DNA from: Candidatus Nomurabacteria bacterium | GTDB lineage: Bacteria; Patescibacteriota; Minisyncoccia; Phycocordibacterales; UBA9973 | Direction: 5' to 3' | Length of the DNA: 48,300 nt | Assembly (NCBI GenBank): GCA_029288805.1 | Contig: JARIGO010000024.1 | Location: forward strand, 1-48,300 | In this document: positions 19,114 to 28,914 of the stretch, piece by piece | How positions within the stretch are numbered: the first letter of the stretch is position 1 | Layout of the letters: each line of letters opens with the position of its first letter | Position numbers and translations under genes: made by a program | Notes under the pieces: generated by a model | What the model was told of the DNA's origin: nothing | Database searches by the model: none | Seen by the model: only the letters and a program-made list of their open reading frames with translations

Positions 19114-19989
19114 ATGAAAACATCGCTTCACCGAATACTCACAGAAGATGGTATTGAATTGGTCGGACTCTTGTATGAACCAGAAAATCCACCTACCAAG
19201 ATTCTTGTTCATGTCCATGGAATGGCAGGTAATTTCTATGAAAACCTTTTCCAGGATAACATTGCTCAAACACTGACTTTCAACGGGATTGCATTTTGTG
19301 TTTTTAACAATCGTGGCTGCGAATTTGTAAAAGACCTGACGAAGGTTGTGGACGGTAAGCGTACCATCGCCCGCTATGGAGATACATATGAAAGATTTGA
19401 AGATTGCTTGCTCGATATAAAACCAGTAATAGACTTTGCTGAGTCAAAGGGGTTTTCAGACATTCATCTTTCAGGGCACAGCCTCGCTAGTTCAAAGGTC
19501 GCATATTATGCCGCTGAACAAAACGATAAGCGCATAAAGTCTGTTACATTCTTATCTCCTGCAGACATGGTTGGCTTGGCAAAAGTAGAACCAGAATATA
19601 AGCGAGATATTGAAACTGTGGAGAAAATGGTTGCAGAGGGAAAAGGGGAAGAACTCATGCCGTTTCTTGTATGGGGAGAATGTCTCATGACGCCAAACAC
19701 TTACATAAGTATTGCTCATGAAAGTTCAAAAGTTGCTATCTTCAATTTTTATAATCCTAACGACTCCTTTTCTGTTCTTGGAAAAATCACTATTCCTAGC
19801 CTAACAGTTATTGGTAGAAACGATTACGCTATGACAATTCCAATTGAAGAAACAATGGAAAAGATTAAGAAAGCAATGGTAAATTCTCCAAAAGTTGAGA
19901 CTACGATTCTAGGAGATTCTGACCATGGTTTTCACGGCTATGAACAGCAACTGGCAGACGTCATAAATAATTGGATTAAGGAATCCTAA
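19114..19989 (+). CDS. Alpha/beta hydrolase
   Basis: HVHGMAG oxyanion motif, SGHSLA nucleophile elbow, GRND and DHGF triad residues. Confidence 0.85.
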   Translation: MKTSLHRILTEDGIELVGLLYEPENPPTKILVHVHGMAGNFYENLFQDNIAQTLTFNGIAFCVFNNRGCEFVKDLTKVVDGKRTIARYGDTYERFEDCLLDIKPVIDFAESKGFSDIHLSGHSLASSKVAYYAAEQNDKRIKSVTFLSPADMVGLAKVEPEYKRDIETVEKMVAEGKGEELMPFLVWGECLMTPNTYISIAHESSKVAIFNFYNPNDSFSVLGKITIPSLTVIGRNDYAMTIPIEETMEKIKKAMVNSPKVETTILGDSDHGFHGYEQQLADVINNWIKES

Positions 19990-20001
19990 AAACGCCCTAA
20001 C

Positions 20002-20523
20002 ATGCTTACAAAAATACTATTTCTTATTGTTACGCTCGTGATTCAGGAAGTAGTGCTGCTCAACAGTCTTTTTCTCGCAACTCATAATGGTTTGTATTCG
20101 CCAGTAGTGATATTCATACTGTTTGTCGTAGCAACGACACTCGATATCTGCATCGGTTTCCTTATCGGAAAGCAACTTCGACGAAAGACTGCCAACACCA
20201 AATTTGCCCGATATATACAAAAACAGTCTGAACGATTTTCCCTTTCAAAGGAATCCAAGAAGCGATGGTTTGCCTTTCTTGTGCTAGGGAATATTAGCTT
20301 CTGCTATATCAATGCCGCAGTTGCTGGATATCTAGATCTACCGTTTTGGGAAAGCCAGGCCTATAACTTTTTCGGCAACATATTGTCATATGTTCTCCTG
20401 TGGTATGCCGTCGGCAGCATATCCTCATTGTTTGGAAATCAATATACAGCCGCGGTTGCTGTAATAGCCATAACCGTTGTTTTGCTTTTAATACTAAGAA
20501 AGATGCACATAAAAAAGGTATAA
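20002..20523 (+). CDS. Multi-pass membrane protein (DedA-like)
   Basis: Several hydrophobic helices; DICIGFLIGK and NFFGNIL resemble the DedA/VTT pattern. Confidence 0.55.
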   Translation: MLTKILFLIVTLVIQEVVLLNSLFLATHNGLYSPVVIFILFVVATTLDICIGFLIGKQLRRKTANTKFARYIQKQSERFSLSKESKKRWFAFLVLGNISFCYINAAVAGYLDLPFWESQAYNFFGNILSYVLLWYAVGSISSLFGNQYTAAVAVIAITVVLLLILRKMHIKKV

Positions 20524-20541
20524 AACTGATATACTAATTAT

Positions 20542-21141
20542 ATGAATAAGCGCCCCTTGCCTCCAGGAACAAAACTACATTCAGAGCATTCAAAGAAAGT
20601 GTTTGAAGGTGTTCGCTGGGACATATATCAATGGGAGCAACCTCAGTTTGATGGAAGCGTTGCTACATTTGAAATAGCAAAACGAGATGATACAGTCATT
20701 ATTATTCCTATGATTGACGATGAACATGTTCTTGCTGTAAGTGAACGTCAACCTCACTGGGAGAAGGATGGCTTGGTACTTGTTGCCGGCATGGTTAAAA
20801 AAGAAGAGGATCTTGAGCTTGCAGCTCGGAGAGAATTAGAGGAGGAAACGGGATATGTGCTCAAGGACTTTTATCTTGTTGATATTGAGTATCCTACCCC
20901 GGGAGTAGAATGGGGAACATATACTTATATAGCAAAAAACCTTATTGAGCAGAAAGAAAAAACACTTGATCCTGGTGAACAAAACAGTATCGTCATTCTT
21001 TCAATTGAAGAACTAATTAAAAAAACTAGAGAACAAGCCTTTCTGTTTCGTCCTGCATATATTGAAAACTTTTTCGTTCGGGATGACATTCAGGGTTTTT
21101 TGGATGTATTGAAGGATCCTGAGAAGTTTGAATTAAAATAA
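20542..21141 (+). CDS. NUDIX hydrolase
   Basis: AGMVKKEEDLELAARRELEEETG Nudix box. Confidence 0.88.
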   Translation: MNKRPLPPGTKLHSEHSKKVFEGVRWDIYQWEQPQFDGSVATFEIAKRDDTVIIIPMIDDEHVLAVSERQPHWEKDGLVLVAGMVKKEEDLELAARRELEEETGYVLKDFYLVDIEYPTPGVEWGTYTYIAKNLIEQKEKTLDPGEQNSIVILSIEELIKKTREQAFLFRPAYIENFFVRDDIQGFLDVLKDPEKFELK

Positions 21142-21142
21142 T

Positions 21143-21472
21143 ATGGAATCAAAAAAACGTTACAAAATAGTTCTCTATGTTCCAGAGTCGCATTCAGAAC
21201 AGCTTCGCGAAGCTATCGGCAATGCGGGCGCTGGGATAATCGGAAATTATTCTCACTGTACTTTTACCATAAAAGGTACCGGTAGGTTTAAGCCGTTAGA
21301 CGGCGCGAATCCAACCATTGGAGAAGTTGGAAAGCTTGAGGAAGTGCAGGAAGATCGTATTGAAACAGTTTGTGAAGAAGATAAACTCAAAGCTGTTCTA
21401 AAAGCCATTAAGGATGTTCATCCGTACGAGGAACCGGCAACCGACGTTTATCCAATTGAAGTTATTGAATAA
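21143..21472 (+). CDS. Stand-alone NIF3/YqfO PII-like domain protein
   Basis: AGAGIIGNYSHCTF, GTGRFKP, HPYEEPA motifs. Confidence 0.85.
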   Translation: MESKKRYKIVLYVPESHSEQLREAIGNAGAGIIGNYSHCTFTIKGTGRFKPLDGANPTIGEVGKLEEVQEDRIETVCEEDKLKAVLKAIKDVHPYEEPATDVYPIEVIE

Positions 21473-21473
21473 G

Positions 21474-22391
21474 ATGCAAGAAAACACACAGCGATCTGAC
21501 GAGATTGCTAAACTTATAAGTGGCAATGGGTATAATAAACAGGTAAGCGAGATATCAGTTTCTATTATTGATCTCAAAAACCCTTCAGAAATTTTTGGAA
21601 CAAACATGGATTTGTTTATGTATCCTGCAAGTGTCTTTAAGATTTTTATTGGAGCTGAAATATTACGACAAATAGAAATAGGGAAATACAGTCTTGATCA
21701 GGAAATTACAATAAAGCCTCTCAATGGAATACCCAAGGAGCTCAAGTTGTATCCTGACCCAAGAACAACGTTAAAAACTGGAGACAAGGTCAGCATTGAT
21801 CATGCGCTCTACCTTATGCTTGCCGTCAGCGATAACACCGCATCAAATGCTTTATATGAATTAGTAGGAGTGGAAAGCATTGTAGAAAACGCCATTGAAC
21901 CCAATGGTTGGAACGGTACCGGTCCTACTAAATATTTTCTTGGTCGGTTAAAAGCTCGCAAGCCATATCGTCATACGGAAATGATACAAACATCCGCTCG
22001 GCATGTTGCCGAATTCTTTGCTCTGGTTGAACAGGAAAAGCTTATCAGTCCGTTTGTTTCGGAAAAGCTCAAGGACCACATGTCAAAATACGACAAGACC
22101 GTAAAGCGTGGATATTCCATTCCTCACTTTCTTCAATATCACAAGAGCGGCTATTTGGAAACGAATCTCTACACTTCGAAAAGATTTGGTTCGCTTGTCA
22201 AAAATGTCATCACCAAGGGGTGGGCGTTCCAGCGATATATGCATGATGCTGGGGTGGTGAAAGGGCAGAATTCTCATTATGTCATTGCCATTTTCACCCT
22301 TTCAAAACAGCTTAATCCAAGAAAGTATTTTCACATGGATAGGTTGGCGAAGGATATTTTTGAGTATATGGAAAATAAAAATGAGTCGTAA
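21474..22391 (+). CDS. Serine hydrolase, class A beta-lactamase-like / PBP-related
   Basis: PASVFK (SxxK), SDN, HKSG (KTG-like), HDAG. Confidence 0.82.
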   Translation: MQENTQRSDEIAKLISGNGYNKQVSEISVSIIDLKNPSEIFGTNMDLFMYPASVFKIFIGAEILRQIEIGKYSLDQEITIKPLNGIPKELKLYPDPRTTLKTGDKVSIDHALYLMLAVSDNTASNALYELVGVESIVENAIEPNGWNGTGPTKYFLGRLKARKPYRHTEMIQTSARHVAEFFALVEQEKLISPFVSEKLKDHMSKYDKTVKRGYSIPHFLQYHKSGYLETNLYTSKRFGSLVKNVITKGWAFQRYMHDAGVVKGQNSHYVIAIFTLSKQLNPRKYFHMDRLAKDIFEYMENKNES

Positions 22392-22408
22392 TAAACGACT
22401 CATTATTT

Positions 22409-22651
22409 TTAAAAATTTGTTTCCTTAAAGGTGGTGTCAACGATAGCTTGAATTATTTCATCCATCTCCTTAAGCTCCTCTTTCCTTTGCTTTTCTTGGT
22501 CATACGAAGGACCACTTCCTTTATTTAAAAAAGTTCCATGAGTACCATCGGGTACTAGACGTGTTTGGTAATGCAAAACGGGCTTACCCTTGCTTCCAAA
22601 AGTACCTCCATATGTTAGTACTTTCACTTTTCTATGATTGCTATTGTCCAT
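22409..22651 (-). CDS. Hypothetical protein
   Basis: 80-aa ORF filling the gap, converging on a hairpin at about 22379-22405. Confidence 0.45.
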   Translation of the reverse strand: MDNSNHRKVKVLTYGGTFGSKGKPVLHYQTRLVPDGTHGTFLNKGSGPSYDQEKQRKEELKEMDEIIQAIVDTTFKETNF

Positions 22652-22764
22652 ATACTATTTTTTCTAACTCTACTTTATTGGAGAACTTTGTCAATTTAAA
22701 GATTAACTGTATAGACAAAACCTAGCAGTAGGCTAAGTTTTTCTTTTCATGGTATCGTTTATAT

Positions 22765-23007
22765 ATGAAAAATAAATTCATCAGTTTTCTTGGATGGTAT
22801 GGGCTTGTGACGGTGGTAGGGGCGTATGTTTTGGTGAGCTTTTCTCTGGTTGGTCCAACCAATCTCGTATACCAGCTTTTGAATTTCACCGGTTCGATCG
22901 GTATTACTATTGAAACCTGGTATAAGAAAGACTATCAGCCGTTTTGGCTCAATCTTATTTGGGCATTGATCGCATTGGTGGCCATGGCAAGTGTTTTTGT
23001 TAAGTAA
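22765..23007 (+). CDS. Small three-TM membrane protein
   Basis: LGWYG...YQLLNFTGS...WLNLIWALIAL, PQ-loop/SemiSWEET-like size and pattern. Confidence 0.7.
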   Translation: MKNKFISFLGWYGLVTVVGAYVLVSFSLVGPTNLVYQLLNFTGSIGITIETWYKKDYQPFWLNLIWALIALVAMASVFVK

Positions 23008-23013
23008 CGATCC

Positions 23014-24126
23014 ATGAAAAATTTTCTCGCACACATAGAACTCTCGAAGGAAAACCTTCTTCACAATATAGCCGCTTTTCGTTCCGTTCTCGGAGTTGAG
23101 AAAAAGCTGGTTGCCGTAGTAAAAGCAAATGCCTATGGTCATGGGGTGAAGGAGGTAGTCGCCATGCTTGAGGGTCATGTTGATTATTTCCAAGTTGACG
23201 ACATTGAAGAGTTACGGGAGCTAAGAAAAATCACAGACATGCCGACCCTCGTTTTAGGGTATGTACTAAAAGATGATCTTGAAGAACTTGTAAAACTAAA
23301 TGGCATTGCCACAATTTTTGATTGGGAGAGAATGCAAATTTTAAATGATATAGGCAAGAAAAATAATCAAAAAGTAATTGTGCATGTAGAGGTAGATGCG
23401 TTGTTGGGAAGACTTGGTTTGCTCGCAAATGAAGTAGAAGAGTTTGTCTTGAAAGCTAAGGAACTTGAATTCGTATCGATTGAGTCATTATATGCACACT
23501 TTGCCGATATTGAGGATTCAGAAAATCTTATTCATGCAAACAACCAGCAAGCATTGATTAAGTCTGTCGCCGAGAGGCTCAAGTTGCCATTTCATATATC
23601 TGCTACGGCAGGAGTATTAAGCGATCCTTCAAATAACTGGGGTGGGCATATATTGCGATTGGGGATAGGGATGTATGGATTATGGCCTTCGAAAAGACTG
23701 GAAGATGAATGGAAAGGAAAGGTTGATTTGGAACCAGTGTTGGGTTGGAAGACTAAGATTGCTCAAATCAAAACATTGCCCTCAGGTTATCCTATTGGAT
23801 ATGGATGTACCTATATCACTACCAAGAAAACTGTTATTGCGATTATTCCGCAAGGATACAGTGATGGATATGACAGAAAGCTTTCTAATAATGGCGAAGT
23901 CCTGATAGGTGGAAAACGTTGTCCAGTTTTGGGAAGAGTTGCAATGAACATGTTTACTGTAGATGTCACTGATGTACAAGAAGTTTCCGTGGAACAAGAA
24001 GTTGTACTTTTAGGGAAGCAGGGATCAGAAGAGATTACTGCTACCGAACTTGATGAGAGAATTGGAACGATTAGTTATGAGGTTGTCGCTAGAATCTCTC
24101 CACTTTTAAATAGAATTACGATATAA
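23014..24126 (+). CDS. alr: Alanine racemase
   Basis: AVVKANAYGHG PLP-lysine motif, IGYG, GYSDG, GRVAMN. Confidence 0.95.
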   Translation: MKNFLAHIELSKENLLHNIAAFRSVLGVEKKLVAVVKANAYGHGVKEVVAMLEGHVDYFQVDDIEELRELRKITDMPTLVLGYVLKDDLEELVKLNGIATIFDWERMQILNDIGKKNNQKVIVHVEVDALLGRLGLLANEVEEFVLKAKELEFVSIESLYAHFADIEDSENLIHANNQQALIKSVAERLKLPFHISATAGVLSDPSNNWGGHILRLGIGMYGLWPSKRLEDEWKGKVDLEPVLGWKTKIAQIKTLPSGYPIGYGCTYITTKKTVIAIIPQGYSDGYDRKLSNNGEVLIGGKRCPVLGRVAMNMFTVDVTDVQEVSVEQEVVLLGKQGSEEITATELDERIGTISYEVVARISPLLNRITI

Positions 24127-24128
24127 AC

Positions 24129-25025
24129 ATGCTATCTATTCCTAATCTCAAAACAGGGGAAATTCTTGCTCCCTATACTACCTATAAAATAGGCGGTCCA
24201 GCTGATTATTTTGTTGTTGTAAAAAATCAAGAAGAACTGGTCAATGCTGTTATAGAAGCAAGAAAAAATAATATTCCATATTTTATCCTCGGCACAGGAG
24301 CAAACATTCTTTTTGGTGATAAAGGCTTTCGAGGGCTGGTCATTAAGAATGAAGCTGATAATTTTAGATTTGAGAATACTGATCTCATAGCAGAGAGTGG
24401 TGTGACAATTGCTGACTTGATAATGGAAACTGCAAGGCAAGGGCTGTCTGGCTTTGAACATTTTGCAGGCATACCAAGCACTGTAGGGGGAGCTATGTGG
24501 CAAAACTTGCACTTCCTTTCTCCCGATAGAACGCGAACAGTTTTTATAGAAGAAATACTTCATAGCGCAAAACTTTTAAATGAGGACAATGAAATAATTA
24601 CGGTAAGCAAGGATTTTTTTAAATTTGATTATGACTATTCAATTCTTCACGATCAAAAGTTTGTTGTCATCGAGGCGGTTTTTAGATTGGAACAAAAGCC
24701 GCAAGAAGAAATACTAAAACAAATCAAAGACAATCTTGAATGGAGAAATGAGAAGCAGCCTTCCGTAGAACAGTATCCTTCATGCGGCTCAGTCTTCAAA
24801 AAGATTGAAGGAGTAGGGGCGGGAAGGCTCATTGAGAGAGTCGGCTTGAAAGGATATAAAATGGGCGGAATTCAGTCCTCACCTCAGCATGCTAACTTCT
24901 TGTTTAATATAGGAGAAGGTACCGCCGCTGATGTAATCGCTTTAATAAAACTTATTCAGGAAAAAGTGAAAAAAGAAACTGGATATGAATTGGAAACAGA
25001 GATTAGTTTCGTAGGAGATTTTTAG
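24129..25025 (+). CDS. murB: UDP-N-acetylenolpyruvoylglucosamine reductase
   Basis: TTYKIGGPA, LGTGANIL, GIPSTVGGA, SCGSVFK, HANF, LETEI. Confidence 0.93.
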   Translation: MLSIPNLKTGEILAPYTTYKIGGPADYFVVVKNQEELVNAVIEARKNNIPYFILGTGANILFGDKGFRGLVIKNEADNFRFENTDLIAESGVTIADLIMETARQGLSGFEHFAGIPSTVGGAMWQNLHFLSPDRTRTVFIEEILHSAKLLNEDNEIITVSKDFFKFDYDYSILHDQKFVVIEAVFRLEQKPQEEILKQIKDNLEWRNEKQPSVEQYPSCGSVFKKIEGVGAGRLIERVGLKGYKMGGIQSSPQHANFLFNIGEGTAADVIALIKLIQEKVKKETGYELETEISFVGDF

Positions 25026-25098
25026 CAAGGATAGCAAGAAACATGCGGAGCGATACGTATGATATAATGACAGTATTAGCAGGTAACGATTAATCTAT

Positions 25099-25359
25099 AT
25101 GTATTACGGAATTTTTGACCCTATTAGTATTCTTTTCCATGTTGTTTTCTGGATCCTCTTTGTTTGGTTCGTTGTGTGGCTTATTCGAGGAGCGCATCGC
25201 CGTCGCGGCATGATGGGCTATCGAGGACACTGGCACACTGATGAAAATTGTGACCACCCAAGTCATGGTGGCCGCGCCCTTGAAATGCTCAAGGAACGCT
25301 TTGTAAAAGGCGAAATCAGCAAAGAAGAATTTGAAGAAAAGAAGAACGCACTTATGTAA
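25099..25359 (+). CDS. SHOCT-domain membrane protein
   Basis: TM helix then ALEMLKERFVKGEISKEEFEEKK. Confidence 0.85.
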   Translation: MYYGIFDPISILFHVVFWILFVWFVVWLIRGAHRRRGMMGYRGHWHTDENCDHPSHGGRALEMLKERFVKGEISKEEFEEKKNALM

Positions 25360-25400
25360 TAAAAAGCCAGCACTTGTGCTGGCTTTTTACATCCGATTTT

Positions 25401-26090
25401 ATGGCAGCAGACAAGCACAATCATACATGGGATGTTACGCCTACCGAAGCAGTGCAGATTCAGCGTGACTTGCAAGAGCAGGTACGCTTACAGCCGCTGA
25501 CAAAACCGATTCGTATCATTGCCGGTGTTGATGTCTCGCTCAATATGTTTGAGAAGGACATTTACGCAGGAGTTGTGTTGCTATCGTACCCAGACATGAT
25601 GGTTGTCGGACACAGCGTCGTTAAAAGTCGTACTGACTTTCCGTACATACCAGGACTGCTTTCATTTCGAGAAATTCCAGCATTGCTTGAGTGCTTTGAG
25701 AAACTTTCTGAAATGCCGGACGTAGTAATGGTAGATGGGCAAGGCATTGCTCATCCCAGACATTTCGGCATAGCGTCGCATCTCGGTGTACTGCTTGATA
25801 TGCCAACAATCGGTTGTGGCAAAAGCAGACTCTATGGCGCATACGTTGAACCGGAAGTAGTGGGGCAAGCCGAAGACATTATTGATCCCAAAACAAAAGA
25901 ACTTTTAGGTAAGGCATTAAAAAGCAAGAATCGCTCCAAGCCATTACTGATCTCACCAGGAAACAAGATAACCGTGGACGAAGCATTGTCTGTCGCACAA
26001 CACTGCTTACAGGGATATCGTTTACCAGAACCGACTCGACAGGCACATCTACTGGTCAATGCCTTTCGTCGAGGAGAAATAACGGAATAA
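25401..26090 (+). CDS. nfi: Endonuclease V
   Basis: AGVDVS, FPYIPGLLSFREIP, DGQGIAHPR, YRLPEPTRQAH. Confidence 0.95.
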   Translation: MAADKHNHTWDVTPTEAVQIQRDLQEQVRLQPLTKPIRIIAGVDVSLNMFEKDIYAGVVLLSYPDMMVVGHSVVKSRTDFPYIPGLLSFREIPALLECFEKLSEMPDVVMVDGQGIAHPRHFGIASHLGVLLDMPTIGCGKSRLYGAYVEPEVVGQAEDIIDPKTKELLGKALKSKNRSKPLLISPGNKITVDEALSVAQHCLQGYRLPEPTRQAHLLVNAFRRGEITE

Positions 26091-26093
26091 CAC

Positions 26094-27329
26094 ATGAATA
26101 TACAATCAACGTGGCAAGAAGTATCTGCAATATCAGCACCAACGCTTGAAGGTAGTACGCAAACAGAGGTTATCATTATCGGTGGCGGTATTGCCGGCAT
26201 CACTACAGCATACTTACTCGCTAAGGCAGGGAAGAAGGTTGTAGTGGTAGAAAAGGGGAATACGCATGACAGCAGTGTCACTGCCTATACTACTGCATTC
26301 CTTACGCACTCTCTCGATACAGATCTTGTAGACCTCAAAAAAATATTTGGCACGCGTGATACCAAGAAAATCCTGCAATCACATGAAGACGCTATCGATT
26401 TGGTAGAAAAAATTATCAAGGATGAACATATTGAGTGTGGTTTTGTGAAGGCACCGCATTATTCAATCGCGCTCTCACAATCTGGCGCTGAGGACTTTAA
26501 AAAAGAAAAAGACCTTTCCAACCAGTTAGGATTTACCGCTACGTGGAAAGAGTCTTCATTCTTTCCGTTTCAAAACTATGGCGCCATGGTGTTGGACAAG
26601 CAAGCCATGTTTCACCCCTTGAAATACATCAATGGTGTTCGTGCGGCGTTTGAAAAAATGGGAGGAACGTATTTTGATAATACAGAAGCCAAAGCCATTG
26701 AAGGTGATATCAGGGCCACTGTTACTACTAATCACGGCACTGTCACCGGAAATGCAGTTGTTATCGCTACATACAATACATTCATCCAACCCTGGTGGTA
26801 CATATTTAAGAAAGGCATGTACAAGTCATATGTGTATGAGCTAACGATTCCCAAAGGCAGTATTCCAGACGGCATGTATGAAGATGAGGAAAATCCGTAT
26901 CACTACTTTCGCGTTGAAGGTGAGCGCATGATTGTTGGAGGAGAAGATCATCGTATTGAGATTAAGTTTGACCCTGAAAATGCCTACAGTAGATTGCGAA
27001 AGTATGTTGAAGAGAAGCTTGGTATTGTTGACTACAAGATAGTGCACAAATGGAGCGGTCCAATTTTGGAGCAAGTCGATGGCATACCGCTCATTGGCTT
27101 GTATAGTGGCTCGTACAAAAACAGATATGTAGAAACGGCCTTTTCAGGAAACGGTATGACTAACGGCACTATTGCCGCAATGGTTGTCAGTGACCTTATT
27201 CTTGGCAAAAAGAATACCTATGCTCAGCTCTATAGTCCGAGTCGTCGCATACGGTTAATGGCAATACTAGTGAAGAGTAGAGATTACATTCAAGAATTTT
27301 TTAACGCCCCATTTGACAAGAAAAATTAA
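26094..27329 (+). CDS. FAD-dependent oxidoreductase (DAO/YhfW-like, no Rieske domain)
   Basis: IIGGGIAGITTA FAD motif, FHPLKY, GGEDH, FSGNGMT. Confidence 0.85.
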   Translation: MNIQSTWQEVSAISAPTLEGSTQTEVIIIGGGIAGITTAYLLAKAGKKVVVVEKGNTHDSSVTAYTTAFLTHSLDTDLVDLKKIFGTRDTKKILQSHEDAIDLVEKIIKDEHIECGFVKAPHYSIALSQSGAEDFKKEKDLSNQLGFTATWKESSFFPFQNYGAMVLDKQAMFHPLKYINGVRAAFEKMGGTYFDNTEAKAIEGDIRATVTTNHGTVTGNAVVIATYNTFIQPWWYIFKKGMYKSYVYELTIPKGSIPDGMYEDEENPYHYFRVEGERMIVGGEDHRIEIKFDPENAYSRLRKYVEEKLGIVDYKIVHKWSGPILEQVDGIPLIGLYSGSYKNRYVETAFSGNGMTNGTIAAMVVSDLILGKKNTYAQLYSPSRRIRLMAILVKSRDYIQEFFNAPFDKKN

Positions 27330-27416
27330 TAATGTTATCATATTGGCATTACTTAAACGTATTGTGTTATTGACTATCTGAGTCTGAATGACACAGTAAT
27401 AGAAAATAATATAAAT

Positions 27417-28751
27417 ATGACTATGAAAACAGCCGTTCGCGGCAACAGCTTCTCTCGTTCAGAGGGAAGTTCTAGAGGTCCACGTCCGGCTCGTTCTGGT
27501 GGTGGTTCATCACAAGGCTCTTCTTTTGGCCGTCGCCCAAGCGCCGGAGGTTTCTCATCACGTGGACCGCGTCCAATGGCTGGTGGATACCGCGGCGGTA
27601 ACGGAGGAGGACGATCATTTGGTGGCGGTAAGCGCCGTTCATTTAAGGGTGACGCAATCGATACTTCACGATTCATTAATCGTGCTGTTGACGCAGTAGA
27701 AGAAGTGGCACACGTCGCAAAGCATACGTTTGCAGACTTCGGTGTGCATGAATTGCTTGCAAAAAACTTGGTACAAAAAGGATACGTACAACCTTCACCA
27801 ATTCAAGATCAGGCTATTCCTGTAGCGTTGAAAGGAGGGGATGTGATCGGTATTGCAAATACTGGTACTGGTAAGACAGCAGCATTTCTTATTCCTATCA
27901 TTAACAAGCTTGTCAGTGACAAAAACCATAAGGCTATGGTACTGACACCAACTCGTGAATTGGCTCAGCAAATCGAACAGGAATTCCGTTCAATGACTGT
28001 CGGCATGCGCTTGTGGACTGTAGCTGCGGTTGGAGGACTTCCAATCATGCGTCAGATTCGCTCTCTTGAAATGGGGGTAAATATCGTTATCGGTACTCCA
28101 GGTCGCGTGAAGGATTTGATTGCTCGCAACAAGATCGTTATGTCTCAGTACAACACTATTGTGCTTGATGAAGCGGACCGTATGCTTGATATGGGATTCA
28201 TCGACGACATGCGCGTGATCTTGGGTGCGATGCCAAAAGAGAAGCAGGGCCTCTTCTTCTCAGCGACATTCTCTCCAGAAATCAAGGCATTGTGCAGTGA
28301 CTTCTTGAAAGATCCTATCACTGTTGCCATCAAGACTCGTGATACTGCTGCAAGTGTTGATCAGGATGTCATTCATGCGCATCCTTCTGAAAAGCTTGAT
28401 AAGCTTCATGACTTGCTCAACAAGCCCGACTTCAAGAAAGTGCTGATCTTCCGCGAAACAAAGCATCACACTGATGAATTGGCTCGTGAATTGCGTGATC
28501 GTGGATTTGCAGTTTCTGCATTGCACGGTGACATGCGTTCTCGCGAACGTTCTCGCGCTGTTGAAGCGTTGTCAAAGGGCCAGATCCAGGCAGTAATCGC
28601 AACTGACGTTGCCGCTCGTGGTATTGATATTCCTGACATCACTCACGTTATCAACTACGATACTCCGTCTACCTATGACACCTATGTTCACCGTATCGGC
28701 CGTACCGGCCGCGGTAACAAGAAGGGTGTTGCACTGACATTCGTTCGATAA
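27417..28751 (+). CDS. DEAD-box RNA helicase with RGG-rich N-terminus
   Basis: Q motif PSPIQ, TGTGKT, PTRELA, DEAD, SAT, HRIGRTGR. Confidence 0.95.
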   Translation: MTMKTAVRGNSFSRSEGSSRGPRPARSGGGSSQGSSFGRRPSAGGFSSRGPRPMAGGYRGGNGGGRSFGGGKRRSFKGDAIDTSRFINRAVDAVEEVAHVAKHTFADFGVHELLAKNLVQKGYVQPSPIQDQAIPVALKGGDVIGIANTGTGKTAAFLIPIINKLVSDKNHKAMVLTPTRELAQQIEQEFRSMTVGMRLWTVAAVGGLPIMRQIRSLEMGVNIVIGTPGRVKDLIARNKIVMSQYNTIVLDEADRMLDMGFIDDMRVILGAMPKEKQGLFFSATFSPEIKALCSDFLKDPITVAIKTRDTAASVDQDVIHAHPSEKLDKLHDLLNKPDFKKVLIFRETKHHTDELARELRDRGFAVSALHGDMRSRERSRAVEALSKGQIQAVIATDVAARGIDIPDITHVINYDTPSTYDTYVHRIGRTGRGNKKGVALTFVR

Positions 28752-28753
28752 GT

Positions 28754-28785
28754 AAAAGGCCGATCACTACGTGATCGGCCTTTTA
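28754..28785 (+). terminator. Terminator after DEAD-box helicase
   Basis: AAAAGGCCGATCAC-TAC-GTGATCGGCCTTTT. Confidence 0.8.
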
Positions 28786-28842
28786 TATTGAAAATATCTT
28801 CTTTTGTGGTATCTTTTAAGGCGAGCAGGAATTATTTCGCTG

Positions 28843-28870
28843 GCCATTGTAAGTAGAGCTTCCAATGGCT
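28843..28870 (+). repeat. Collapsed partial copy of tRNA-Thr(GGT) in its own leader
   Basis: GCCATTGTA-A-GTAGAGC-TTC-CAATGGCT reproduces tRNA nt 1-9, the D-arm 3' strand and the acceptor 3' strand. Confidence 0.7.
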
Positions 28871-28914
28871 TCGCTCGGACACTGAGTAAGCAAGCTTTCT
28901 CGTGCTCCTCGCTC

